Source: Dehalococcoidia bacterium
GTDB taxonomy: Bacteria > Chloroflexota > Dehalococcoidia > Lucifugimonadales > UBA3495
Direction: 5' to 3'
Length of the DNA: 64,000 nucleotides
Assembly: GCA_965219395.1 (NCBI GenBank)
Contig: CBDCNN010000002.1
Span: 2,247,547-2,311,546, forward strand
Every line of letters begins with the position of its first letter. Position 1 is the first letter of the stretch. The translations under genes were made by a program, and so were the position numbers. Below, in pieces: positions 49,863 to 59,485 of the stretch. The notes under the pieces were generated by a model, which was not told the origin of the DNA, did not search any database, and worked only from the letters and a program-made list of their open reading frames with translations.

Positions 49863-50552
49863 GTATGCTTGCCCGCTCTCTCGATGCTTCATCCCGCGCG
49901 ACGTCTTATCCCGATCGCGGGATGTCCCTTGCAACCGCTCGCTCAGATTGTTGTTGATTTCCGTCCGAATACCTTTGCTGACTACGTGTGTGACGGGATT
50001 GTTGGGAAAGGCTGTTTTGACGCCTTGCTGATAGGACCTCAGGCCGTCGGTCTTGATTTCCTCGGGAGCGTTGTCCGCCCGTTGTCTGGCCATAGCCATA
50101 GCGGTAGCCGCTGCCCTTGTTGTGCGCTCGCGGGAGAGGTAGGCGGCGAGGACGAAACGAGTCTTGGAATCCATTACGTTGAAAATCCAGTACTTCTCTC
50201 CGCCCAGCCGTACTTGCAATTCATCGGCTACCCATTCCGGCCCGGTGTCCACTGGTGTCGCCTCGACGACTTCCTTCAACCTTGCCGTATTGTCCCTCAC
50301 CCAGCGGTTGACGGTTGCGGCATTCGTGGGGCGGTGGAAGTAGTCTCCGATGTTCTCCGCTACACGGCGGTAGGATAGCCCGTCAAAGTACATATCGACC
50401 GCTGCGCCAATCTCAATCGGCGTAGCGTGTTGACGGCGTTTCTCCGGGTTGCTTGGGTCTATGGTCAAGACGGTTTGACCGCCGCCGACACGACAGGTTG
50501 TGCAATGCTCGCCAGTCTTGCGTTTGCAGGTTGAACCGCACAAGTGGCCCAT
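49862..50552 (-). pseudogene. IS6-like (IS240-type) DDE transposase, N-terminal three quarters, cut at the IS630-B3 junction
   Basis: Zn-finger-like CGSTCKRKTGEHCTTC. ...GLSYRRVAENIG...WVADELQVRLGGEKYWIFNVMDSKTRFVLAAYLS...IKTDGLRSYQQGV...NNNLSERLQGTSRDRDKTSRGMKHRESGQAY|L. The continuation is found at 38278-38405. Confidence 0.7.
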
Positions 50553-50626
50553 CAGCTTTAACCTCCCAATAAAAACGGGCAGGAAAGCCCTGCCCGCGAG
50601 ACGGAGTAGTTGGAGTATGGAGGCAA

Positions 50627-51049
50627 TCAGGCCGCGGCTACGCCCTCTCTGTCCATCAACGCCAGCATACGGTCCTGAGAGTTCCGCAGCTTTTCGTTGA
50701 GATCCAGAACCTCGCCAACCTTTTCGTCATAGAGTTCGCGGTAGTTCCTGGATTCCTCTTTGGCGCCAGCCAAGTCCTTTTCCAGCCTCTCGACATCCTT
50801 ACTGTGCAGTTCCTTGTTGTAGATGTCCGGTGCTTGCTGGAAAGACACGAGGTTGAGGTACTGCTGGTCACCGGTGCTGCCAATGGTGATGATGTTGCGG
50901 CACAGCTTGCCCTTGTTGGTGGCCCGCTGGCTCGTCGGCTCGTCGGCCCACTCCTTCAGCATCCATTCGACGGTTCCGTCAATGTCGAAGTCGCTACGGA
51001 GTAAGCGCAAACACGCCTCCCGCCGCTTCGTGGGAGATACACTCATTGT
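50627..51049 (-). CDS. hypothetical protein with C-terminal coiled coil (start uncertain)
   Basis: MTMSVSPTKRREACLRLLRSDFDIDGTVEWMLKEWADEP...ERLEKDLAGAKEESRNYRELYDEKVGEVLDLNEKLRNSQDRML. Overlaps the 3' end of the next ORF, so it could be one frameshifted gene. Confidence 0.4.
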   Translation of the reverse strand, partial: TMSVSPTKRREACLRLLRSDFDIDGTVEWMLKEWADEPTSQRATNKGKLCRNIITIGSTGDQQYLNLVSFQQAPDIYNKELHSKDVERLEKDLAGAKEESRNYRELYDEKVGEVLDLNEKLRNSQDRMLALMDREGVAAA

Positions 51050-51251
51050 CATTCTCCTCAAGCAATTTGAGATTCTCTTTGAGTTCCTTGTTTTCCTTTG
51101 CGAACTGCCGGTTGCGTTTGGCAAACGCCTCTACGCGCCGCAGCAGATGTTCGCGGTTTCCGCCAGTTTCCCCCAACGCCTCCATCAGTGCCTGAGTGGG
51201 TATGATGCTCTCCCGTTCCACCTCCATCAGTTTATTGACCACAGCCTTCAA
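50994..51251 (-). CDS. hypothetical coiled-coil protein
   Basis: MKAVVNKLMEVERESIIPTQALMEALGETGGNREHLLRRVEAFAKRNRQFAKENKELKENLKLLEEN.... Confidence 0.35.
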   Translation of the reverse strand: MKAVVNKLMEVERESIIPTQALMEALGETGGNREHLLRRVEAFAKRNRQFAKENKELKENLKLLEENDNECISHEAAGGVFALTP

Positions 51252-52321
51252 TTGATGAGCACGGCAACACGGTGCCGAGGTTCAGATACGACATTGAGTA
51301 CAAGCTCGACGATGGTCAGTCAGGGCCATGGTGCTCCCTCGATAAATACCGCGACCTGCAACGTGGCGAAGCGGACCTCCATCCCCCGGTTCACTGGCAG
51401 ACTGTGACCACTTTCTGTGAGGACGCCGAGCCGGCCGTGGGAGAAAGCTACAAATTCAGAATCCGGGCGTCCCATGTCTGGAAGAAATCAGGAGACACCA
51501 ACGTCCGCAACGGTCCCTGGAAGTACAGTGGTGCCGTGGTTTACAACCCCAGCGGCGACCCCCCCGGAACGCCCGTTGACGTCGAGGCCACGGGCGGTAA
51601 AGATTCGCTGCTCGTTTTCTGGGACGTTCCCAGCGGCGGCACCCGTGCCGACTACTACCTGGTGCAGTGGAGGACCAGGGGCGACAGGCCATTCAATGAT
51701 GAACTGAAGGTATCCGACCACTTGGCACGGTCGGTGCTACTTAAGGACATGGCGAGTTACGGGCGCTACCAGGTTCGGGTTATCGCAGGAAACGTCCTGG
51801 GGGAAAGCGCACCGTCTGTCGGGTACTCGGCGATGTCCGGAGCACCCGGGGCTCCAACAGACCTCGCGATTTCGATTAGGGATACTGGCGGTTTCACGCT
51901 GACGTGGGACCGGCCGGACCCCTACTATCCCAACAATCCGGACTTCCGTCCGGTACGACGCAGCAACAAAAAGGCAATACTCAAAAAAGCAATCCTCGAC
52001 GACGACGGCAATACCGTCCCGCAGTTCCGTTACGACGTCGAGTACAAGCTTCCCGACGGTCAATCCGGCGGCTGGTGCTCACTGCGAAAGTACCGGAACC
52101 TGCATCGGGGTTATGACACGCTGGACCCGGCAGAGCACCGAGTCAACCTGACCAGCTACTGCAAAAATGCCGAACCGGTCGTTGGGGAAAACTACAACTT
52201 CAGAATCAGGGCATCCTACGTGTGGCACAAATCCGGGGACACCAACCCCCGAAACGGGCCGTGGGTGTATAGCGGGCCGGCCGTTTACAACCCGACCAGC
52301 TACAGCCCTGCTGGCCGGTAG
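51239..52321 (+). CDS. FN3-containing repeat protein, apparently 5'-truncated
   Basis: Frame opens at 51239 with no plausible signal peptide. A ~95-aa module (GNTVP.FRYD.EYKL.DGQSG.WCSL.KYR.L.RG...NY.FRIRAS.VW.KSGDTN.RNGPW.YSG..VYNP) occurs twice around an FN3-like unit (PGTPVDVEATGGKDSLLVFWDVP...YYLVQWR...YQVRVIAGN). Confidence 0.55.
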   Translation, partial: PQPSIDEHGNTVPRFRYDIEYKLDDGQSGPWCSLDKYRDLQRGEADLHPPVHWQTVTTFCEDAEPAVGESYKFRIRASHVWKKSGDTNVRNGPWKYSGAVVYNPSGDPPGTPVDVEATGGKDSLLVFWDVPSGGTRADYYLVQWRTRGDRPFNDELKVSDHLARSVLLKDMASYGRYQVRVIAGNVLGESAPSVGYSAMSGAPGAPTDLAISIRDTGGFTLTWDRPDPYYPNNPDFRPVRRSNKKAILKKAILDDDGNTVPQFRYDVEYKLPDGQSGGWCSLRKYRNLHRGYDTLDPAEHRVNLTSYCKNAEPVVGENYNFRIRASYVWHKSGDTNPRNGPWVYSGPAVYNPTSYSPAGR

Positions 52322-52813
52322 GCGGGAACGCCTCCGGGAGCGTTCGCTCCGATAGGCAATGCACCGCCGCTGGTATGCAGCAAGCCCTGAGCAGGGGACG
52401 GCCTTGCGAACGGCGGCGTGATACGTTGCAGACAGCGCAGCAGCGGAGAAGTCTGCCACAGCCAACATCCTGCTGGACAACAGGGCGTCTGCAGCCTGGG
52501 TGCCAGAATCGTGAGACGGGCAGCGAACTGAATCATTTCCTTACTGCCCCTCTCGAGCGGGGATTCCCACTCCATGGGGCATCACCTCAGGTCTTCAGGG
52601 ACAGTGCCAAGTCCACAAGCAATTTCGGCATTGCCTGCACGGGCCATCTCTCTCCGAACCGGATTTGGTTCCTCGCATCGGCCCCCTTGAAATTTGTCCT
52701 CCCCTTCTGCCAATCTAGGCCAAGCCACTGCAATGGCCCGCGGCCTTGACAGCAACACGGGTCAGGCAGACCGGGTGATCCCCTTTCAGAATCATAGAAG
52801 GTGAGGCGCAGTT

Positions 52814-53968
52814 ATGACGGAGAATGCGAAAAGCATCGTCCAGGAAGCCATCGACGTTGCCATCGGAGAGCGCGGCGAGATCGGAGTCCAAGTCGCGGCA
52901 TACCTGGACAGCGAGCTGGTCATCGACCAGTGGGGAGGCCTGGCGGACGAGACCACCGGCCGGGAGGTCGACGGAAACACCCCATTCCCTGTGTTTTCCA
53001 ACATCAAGGCAATGTCGGCTACCGCTCTCCACATCCAGGCGGAACGGGGGCTGGTGGACTACTACCAACCGGTGGCCAAGTACTGGCCCGAGTTCGGCAA
53101 GCATGGCAAGGACAAGGGCACGGTGTTCGATGCGTTGACCCACCGCATCGGGGTCCCCTTGATGCCGCTGGGAGTTACTCCTGAGTTGATGTGCGACTGG
53201 GACTGGATGGTGGGGCAGCTCGCGGAGATGCGTCCGCTCTTTGAGCCGGGGACCCGAAGCGGCTACATGGCCTACACTTTCGGCTGGGTCGTGGGCGAGG
53301 TGGTGCGCCGGACCGACCCGCTGCACCGTCCCTTCGGTCAGTTCATCCAGGATGAAATCTGCCAACCCCTGGGCATCACAGACCTGTGGGCCGGAATTCC
53401 ACCCGAAGTGGAGCCACGCGTTGCCAGGCTTACCGATCTGCCGCCGATCCCTCCCGGCGCCCCCGGGATGCCCCCGGACTCGCTGCGGCCCCGGGCCACT
53501 CCACCGGAGGTGGGGACTACCCAGGAGGTGTTTGGCCGTTCCGACGTTCGCCGGGCCTGCATCCCCGGTGCCCAGGGGATCATGACAGCGCGAAGCCAAG
53601 CCCGGTTCTATGCCATGCTGGCCAACGGCGGAGAGCTGGACGGCGTCCGCCTGCTGTCCGAGGACCGTGTGCGGACATTCCACGTACCCCGTCCCCCTAG
53701 CGACTACGACCAGGTGAGTGGCAAACCCCACAACGGGACCATCGGAGGCTTCCATTTCACAGGCAGCCCAGGCATGGGTGCCATGGGCGGCAACCCTCTG
53801 GCTTTTGGTCACAACGGTGCCGGCGGCTCCCTCGGCTGGGCAGACCCCACGCACCGCCTGGCAGTTGCCATCCAGCACAATCGCATGGTGCCTCACGGCC
53901 CGCCGGAGGAAAGCCCTCTGACCCCCATAGGTGCGGCAGTTCGAAAGGCCCTGGGGATTTCGGAGTAG
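52814..53968 (+). CDS. serine hydrolase, beta-lactamase fold (esterase/amidase type)
   Basis: S-x-x-K motif FSNIKAM. ...GYMAYTFGWVVGEVV.... C-terminal ...FGHNGAGGSLGWADP. Confidence 0.8.
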   Translation: MTENAKSIVQEAIDVAIGERGEIGVQVAAYLDSELVIDQWGGLADETTGREVDGNTPFPVFSNIKAMSATALHIQAERGLVDYYQPVAKYWPEFGKHGKDKGTVFDALTHRIGVPLMPLGVTPELMCDWDWMVGQLAEMRPLFEPGTRSGYMAYTFGWVVGEVVRRTDPLHRPFGQFIQDEICQPLGITDLWAGIPPEVEPRVARLTDLPPIPPGAPGMPPDSLRPRATPPEVGTTQEVFGRSDVRRACIPGAQGIMTARSQARFYAMLANGGELDGVRLLSEDRVRTFHVPRPPSDYDQVSGKPHNGTIGGFHFTGSPGMGAMGGNPLAFGHNGAGGSLGWADPTHRLAVAIQHNRMVPHGPPEESPLTPIGAAVRKALGISE

Positions 53969-53996
53969 GGCGTCTCTTGCTCCCGGGAGAGTCCGG

Positions 53997-55031
53997 TCAG
54001 TCGAGGACCCGCACCAGCTTCTGCATAGACCGGAGCTCCCGGGGCGGGTCCATGTGCCGTCCGTAGTCTGTCCAGGAGACCTCAGCCACGTACACGTCCC
54101 CACGGGAGTCGACGGCAATTCCGTGGGGCGAATAGAAGCGGCCCGACTGGTCCCCGTAGCTCTCGCGGCCGACCCTGGCCAGCACCTTGCCCTTGGTGTT
54201 CATCACCGTTACGCGGGGCCCGAGGTCGGTCCCAATATCATTGGTGGCGATCCCGCAGAAGTATTCGCCGATGTACAGCAGTTCGTCGCCGGAACGGTCG
54301 TCGATGCAGATGGCGGCGGCGCGGGACAGGTTGCCCCACTGGGTCTCAAACTGGCCGTCCTGGCTGAACACCTGGATTCGATGGTTCTCGCGGTCTGCGA
54401 TGTAGACCCAGCCGTCATTGTCGCACTCAACGTTGTGGACAATGTTGAACTGGCCGTCTCCTGTGCCGGATTCGCCCCACGAAAAGAGGAGTTTGCCGTC
54501 GGGCGAGTACTTGTGAACCCTGGCGTTCGAGTAGCCGTCCGCCACGTAGAATTCGCCCGTCCGCTTGTCGAAGGCCACGTGGGCCGGGACGCTGAACGGG
54601 TCGCCGCTCATCTTTGGGGTTGGCTTGTGGGGCGTGCCAAGGGTCATCAGCAGCTTGCCGTCGGGCGTGAACTGCCGCACGGTGCTGTCCCCGTTGTCCA
54701 CGCAGAACACGGTGCCGTCGGGGGCAATGGTCACCCCGTGGGGATTGGCGAACACACCCTCGCCCCAGGTGCGCAGCACGTTGCCGTCGGTGTCAAACAC
54801 TACCATCGGAATGGTGCCGCGGTTGAAGACGTACACCTGGTCTTTGGAGTCGACCGCGACGGCCGTACCCTCCTGGTAGACGACGCCCTCGGGCAGGTTG
54901 CCCCAGTTCGCGCCGGAGACCTGGTAGTGGAATCCGTTCTCGCCGATCACCACCGGCCCGGCATTTCCACCCTGCGCCTGGTGCCCCTCGGTGCGCAGGC
55001 CGTATTCCCAGTCCTGTTCCTTGTCGACCAT
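53997..55031 (-). CDS. NHL-repeat beta-propeller protein (peptidyl-alpha-hydroxyglycine lyase-like)
   Basis: Repeated ...HGVTIAPDGTVFCVDNGDSTVRQFTPDGKLL..., ...FYVADGYSNARVHKYSPDGKLL..., ...VYIADRENHRIQVFSQDG..., ...PHGIAVDSRGDVYVAEV. Confidence 0.8.
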   Translation of the reverse strand: MVDKEQDWEYGLRTEGHQAQGGNAGPVVIGENGFHYQVSGANWGNLPEGVVYQEGTAVAVDSKDQVYVFNRGTIPMVVFDTDGNVLRTWGEGVFANPHGVTIAPDGTVFCVDNGDSTVRQFTPDGKLLMTLGTPHKPTPKMSGDPFSVPAHVAFDKRTGEFYVADGYSNARVHKYSPDGKLLFSWGESGTGDGQFNIVHNVECDNDGWVYIADRENHRIQVFSQDGQFETQWGNLSRAAAICIDDRSGDELLYIGEYFCGIATNDIGTDLGPRVTVMNTKGKVLARVGRESYGDQSGRFYSPHGIAVDSRGDVYVAEVSWTDYGRHMDPPRELRSMQKLVRVLD

Positions 55032-55714
55032 CTTGCCGCCCTCCTAGTATCTGCGCCAGTGAGCGCAGCGTCGTAGGGCAATATATCACGGGGCCTGCAG
55101 GAGGTCCGCCGAGAAATTACTTATACCCCTCTTGCCATCACATAAAACACGCAGCATGACTGATATGCGTAACAGTGTAGACCATTTGTAGTGGCAAAGT
55201 ATTGTCGGCCACTAGCTGCGTCTCGTGGGAAAGAACCGGATTTGTCCACAATTTGAAGACCTGGACGATGTCGAGGAGGCCGGTCACGCCATTACAAAAG
55301 TCGCCAGGGGCCAGGACCGTCGAATTCCAACGCTATGGCCCTGCACGGCTACCGGCATGACTTGCCGTAAGCATGTGGACACCCAGTGGGTACGCCGCGT
55401 AGTTCAAGATTCGAATGACCGGCGGTCGGGCTGGTGAGCTCCGTTCTGGGCGGGTTCGGGACTGTAGCGGATCTATTCACTTGTCGTGAACGTCGGCGGT
55501 CTTGCCAGCCCTGGGCTCCATAAAGTTTGCCCCTTGAAGTTGACCGTTTTGCTGAATCACTTCCCGTCAACCGTAGCCGGACTATCAAGACCTTCTGCGT
55601 ACCCTGTATCAACCCTTCGGGTGTTAATATTGGCCTTGAACCGCTGAATAACATGGACGATTGATTGCTCAATGCCCACGCTGCCGCTCGGTCGGCGTCG
55701 GCGATGAGGATGAT

Positions 55715-56962
55715 ATGGTTGATACTTTAGTCCTGCAGAATGCCACCATATTCGATTCCACGGGAAGGGATCCCTATGGTCCGGGAACCGTCGTGGTTAC
55801 CGGCGACCTGATCACCGCCGTCGGGCCTGCCGACCAGGTGGCGGTGCCGCGGGACGCAAGGGTAATCGACGCCGGGAACCATACGGTTATGCCCGGCTTG
55901 ATCGATGCCCACACCCACGTCGGTGCTGTGGACAATTCTTTCGGCGCCAACTTTGAGGATAATCATCCCGGCGCAATCTACGCGTTTTCCGTGGCCCGCA
56001 TCCTGCGTGAAACGCTGATGGCCGGGTTTACGACGATCAGGGACGCTGGCGGTTGCGATTACAGTTTCAAGGTGGCCGTGCAGTCCGGACTGATCCCGGG
56101 GCCTCGCATATTCACCAGCCAGGCCTACATATCCCAGACCGGTGGCCACGGCGACATGCGCCAGAGGCACGACCGGGGCGAACTACGGGCAGGCCATCGG
56201 CTGGCGCCACGGCCGTCCATTTGCGACGGCGTTCCCCAGGTGCGCCAGGCGGCCCGGGAGCAACTGCGCACTGGCGCCGACCAGCTGAAGATTATGGCCG
56301 GTGGCGGAGCGGCGTCGCCCACCGACCCCCTCGATTCTCCCCAGTTCACCGTCGAGGAGATAGCCGCCGCGGTCTACGAGGCCAGGGCTGTCAAGAAGAA
56401 GGTGATGGCCCACGTCTACGTCCCCGAGGGAATCAGGAACTGCGTTGAAGCCGGTGTTCGCAGTATTGAACACGGGAATTTCCTCGACGAGGAAGCAGCC
56501 TCGCTGATGAAAGAGAGCGACATGTACCTCGTCCCGACTCTGACGGTCTTCGACCTGATCGCGGAACGGGGCCGGGAGCAGGGAATTTCTGAGGTGACCA
56601 TCGAGAAGATCAACTTTGCCAGGGGCGCCGGGCGTCAGAGCGTGGAAATCGCAATGGCTGCCGGGGTCAACATCGCCTCGGGGGCCGATCTGTTTGGACA
56701 GAACTACGGACTGAAGGCCGTAGAGCTTGAATTGAAAGCAGCAGTCATGGGAACGATCGCCAGCCTGGTATCTGCGACGCGCACCAACGCAGAACTCCTG
56801 GAACGGTCGAATGAGATTGGCACTCTCGAGCCAGGCAAGTTGGCGGATTTGATAATGGTCAATGCCAACCCTGTAGACGACATCGCCATTCTGCAGGACG
56901 AGAAAAACATACCTTTGGTTATGCAGTCCGGCCGGCTCGTCAAATGGGAGGAACCAGGCTAA
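55715..56962 (+). CDS. amidohydrolase-family metal-dependent hydrolase
   Basis: MVDTLVLQNATIFD...VMPGLIDAHTHVG...MAHVY...SIEHG...GADLF.... The ORF-track start 55661 adds an implausible Cys/Arg leader. Confidence 0.8.
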   Translation: MVDTLVLQNATIFDSTGRDPYGPGTVVVTGDLITAVGPADQVAVPRDARVIDAGNHTVMPGLIDAHTHVGAVDNSFGANFEDNHPGAIYAFSVARILRETLMAGFTTIRDAGGCDYSFKVAVQSGLIPGPRIFTSQAYISQTGGHGDMRQRHDRGELRAGHRLAPRPSICDGVPQVRQAAREQLRTGADQLKIMAGGGAASPTDPLDSPQFTVEEIAAAVYEARAVKKKVMAHVYVPEGIRNCVEAGVRSIEHGNFLDEEAASLMKESDMYLVPTLTVFDLIAERGREQGISEVTIEKINFARGAGRQSVEIAMAAGVNIASGADLFGQNYGLKAVELELKAAVMGTIASLVSATRTNAELLERSNEIGTLEPGKLADLIMVNANPVDDIAILQDEKNIPLVMQSGRLVKWEEPG

Positions 56963-57124
56963 TCCCGAGTTTCCCATCATCCTCGAGGAGACACTCAAGG
57001 CAGCAAAGGGTATTTCACTTGCCTGTTAACTCAGAAGCTCAACACGGGTGCGTTTGAATATCGCACGAGCGTCATAGTCAGAGAATTTCCTGGAGCGTCA
57101 AAAGTCACGCAGGAGGGCGGACGC

Positions 57125-58525
57125 ATGGCAGACCTTAACATTGCTACCCTTTCCGGAGATTACGCAGCCATCGGCGAGGCCGCGGTCAAGGACTTCCGGG
57201 GCAGCCTTTACGGTGAGACGCTGCTCCCAGGCGACGACGGGTACGACGGGGCCCGGCGGATCTGGAACGCCATGATAGACAAGCGGCCCGCAATGATTGC
57301 CCGTTGCAGCGGTACGGCAGACGTGATCAACTCGGTCAATTTCGCTAGGGAGAACAACCTGCTCATTTCGGTGCGCGGCGGCGGGCATAACTTCCCTGGC
57401 AACAGCGTCTGCAACGACGGTCTGATGATAGACCTTTCGGGGATGACGGGCGTCCGCGTCGACCCCGTGGCCAAGACGGTCCGAGCCCAGGGCGGGACGA
57501 AGTGGGGAGCGTTCGACCACGAAACCCAGGCCTTCGGGCTGGCCACGACCGGAGGGACGGACGTCGACACGGGAATCGCCGGCCTCACGCTGGGCGGCGG
57601 CATCGGATGGCTGTCCGGCAGCTACGGCCTCAGTTGCGACAACCTCATAGCCGCCGACGTGGTCGCAGCCGATGGCCGGGCGATTACCGCCAGCGCCGGA
57701 GAGAACCCGGACCTTCTGTGGGGCCTCAGGGGTGGCGGTGGCAACTTCGGCGTCGTCACCTCGCTGGAGTACCAGCTGCATTCCATCGGGATGGAGGTGC
57801 TGGCCGGCTGGTTGATCTTCCCGTTCGACAATGTGAGGGAATTCTTCCCACGGGTCAACGACTTTACCGACAATATGCCCGACGAGATGAACCTCATCAC
57901 GTTCCTGCATACGCTCCCGGATGGCGGCGGAAAGGCCTGCAGCATTCTGCTCTGCTACCACGGTTCCGTCGAGGAAGGGGAGCGGGCCATCCAGCCGCTC
58001 CGGGACATCGGCGCTCCCTTGGTGGACGACGTCAGGCCCATGTCCTACACCGAGGCCCAGAAGCTGGCGGTGGCGCCCGCGGGACGCCAGAACTACCTGA
58101 AGTCCCACTTTGTGAGCGCGGTCAGCGACGACATAGTGGACATTGCGCTGGGCTATTTCGACCGGATAACCTCGCCGCTTTCGTCCATCCTGTTCCAGTA
58201 CCTCGGCAATGCGGCCCGGCGCGTGCCTGCCGGTGATACCGCCTTCGGTCAGCGGCACGCCCTGACCGAGTGGGCAACCAACGCGGTTTTCATGGACCCA
58301 GGGGAGTCGGAGGTCCACATACGCTGGGCCCGGGAATTCGCCACGGACCTGTTGCCATACTCGTCGGGTGCCTACATCAACCAGGTCGGCACCGAGGAAG
58401 AGGAGGGGGCGGAGGCGATTCAGGCGGCGTTCGGCGACAACTTCCAGAGGCTGGCGGCCCTGAAGCAGAAGTACGACCCGACCAACCTGTTCAGCCACAA
58501 CCAGAACATCCGGCCCCGGGCGTAA
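57125..58525 (+). CDS. FAD-linked oxidase with C-terminal BBE (berberine-bridge-like) domain
   Basis: ...PAMIARCSGTADVINSVNFARENNLLISVRGGGHNFPG...GLTLGGGIGWLSG...; C-terminal ...RLAALKQKYDPTNLFSHNQNI. Confidence 0.85.
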   Translation: MADLNIATLSGDYAAIGEAAVKDFRGSLYGETLLPGDDGYDGARRIWNAMIDKRPAMIARCSGTADVINSVNFARENNLLISVRGGGHNFPGNSVCNDGLMIDLSGMTGVRVDPVAKTVRAQGGTKWGAFDHETQAFGLATTGGTDVDTGIAGLTLGGGIGWLSGSYGLSCDNLIAADVVAADGRAITASAGENPDLLWGLRGGGGNFGVVTSLEYQLHSIGMEVLAGWLIFPFDNVREFFPRVNDFTDNMPDEMNLITFLHTLPDGGGKACSILLCYHGSVEEGERAIQPLRDIGAPLVDDVRPMSYTEAQKLAVAPAGRQNYLKSHFVSAVSDDIVDIALGYFDRITSPLSSILFQYLGNAARRVPAGDTAFGQRHALTEWATNAVFMDPGESEVHIRWAREFATDLLPYSSGAYINQVGTEEEEGAEAIQAAFGDNFQRLAALKQKYDPTNLFSHNQNIRPRA

Positions 58526-58590
58526 ACCGGCGAGACATCGCGAAGTGGGGTGCCGGGCGCGCGAGGATTAGGGAACCTCGGCCCGGCTCT

Positions 58591-59421
58591 TTACCTCCAG
58601 TCGTGGCTGGGTTTCCACCCCAGTACCCGCTGTGCCTTTGCCGTGCTGATCACGCTGGCGGTGCCGCTCAGCCCGTCTCTGATCTCCACACGATCGCCGA
58701 AGTTGTTCTTCACGATATCGATGGTGGACTCTACGAAACGGCTGGAGGGCTGGGCAAGCATGAACGCCTCATACTCCTCGATCTCGGCATCAAGAGCTCG
58801 CACGTGGGCCTCGGCCACGTCACGAGCATCGGCGTAGGCCCACATCACCATCGTGAGAGGGTTCTCGGGCGTGGGGGCTGGCCAAGGAAACTCCGCCTGC
58901 ACCTCCGGTAGCGCCACGTTGGTAAACCGCAGGCTGACCACCGTGGTAGCCGAGTTGCGGGCGATCATCCTGCCGATGTCCTCGCCGACCTGCTTCGTAA
59001 GGCCGTAGGGCTCAAAGGGCATCATGGGATGCTTCTCGTCCAAGGGCAGGTACAGCGGCACAAAGGCGTTCCCATCGTGCGCCCAACCCATGCCGAAGGC
59101 ACTGGAGGAGAACACCACACGCCGGAGTCCCAACTCCGCCGCCGACATCATCACATTGAAGTCGGCCGACACGTTGTTCTCAAATATGAACCTTGGCTCA
59201 GCCCGGAGCGGTCCGGGGATGGCGCCCATGTGGATCACGGCCTCAGCGCCTCCCAGAACATCGTGCACCGCCTGCGTGTTCCCCAGATCGCAGCGCACAA
59301 ACTCAGCCGGCAGGTCATCGGCCTGCACCTGATCAGTCGCCAGGACTTCCCTGTCCTGGTCAACCAGCAACTGCACCACCCTGCGGCCCAGCCTTCCTGC
59401 CGCTCCGGTTACCACTATCAT
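58591..59421 (-). CDS. NAD-dependent epimerase/dehydratase (SDR family)
   Basis: MIVVTGAAGRLGRRVVQLL... Rossmann motif. ...SSSAFG...PYGLTKQVGE (YxxxK). Confidence 0.8.
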   Translation of the reverse strand: MIVVTGAAGRLGRRVVQLLVDQDREVLATDQVQADDLPAEFVRCDLGNTQAVHDVLGGAEAVIHMGAIPGPLRAEPRFIFENNVSADFNVMMSAAELGLRRVVFSSSAFGMGWAHDGNAFVPLYLPLDEKHPMMPFEPYGLTKQVGEDIGRMIARNSATTVVSLRFTNVALPEVQAEFPWPAPTPENPLTMVMWAYADARDVAEAHVRALDAEIEEYEAFMLAQPSSRFVESTIDIVKNNFGDRVEIRDGLSGTASVISTAKAQRVLGWKPSHDWR

Positions 59422-59485
59422 CTCTTCCTCCGGCCGATTCTCTGGCTATTGGTCTAATCCGATCACCGCAACGGCTGTCTGGCTA

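Noticed and set aside
52715-54118. 467-aa minus-strand ORF. The same applies to 53931-55076 (+), 57098-58498 (-), 23141-24010 (-), 62379-63254 (-), 43236-43832 (-), 13010-13561 (-) and 13968-14558 (-).
   Set aside because: Each is antisense to a gene with clear family motifs, and its own translation is low-complexity Arg/Gly/Pro/Ala-rich. These are shadow ORFs expected at this GC content.
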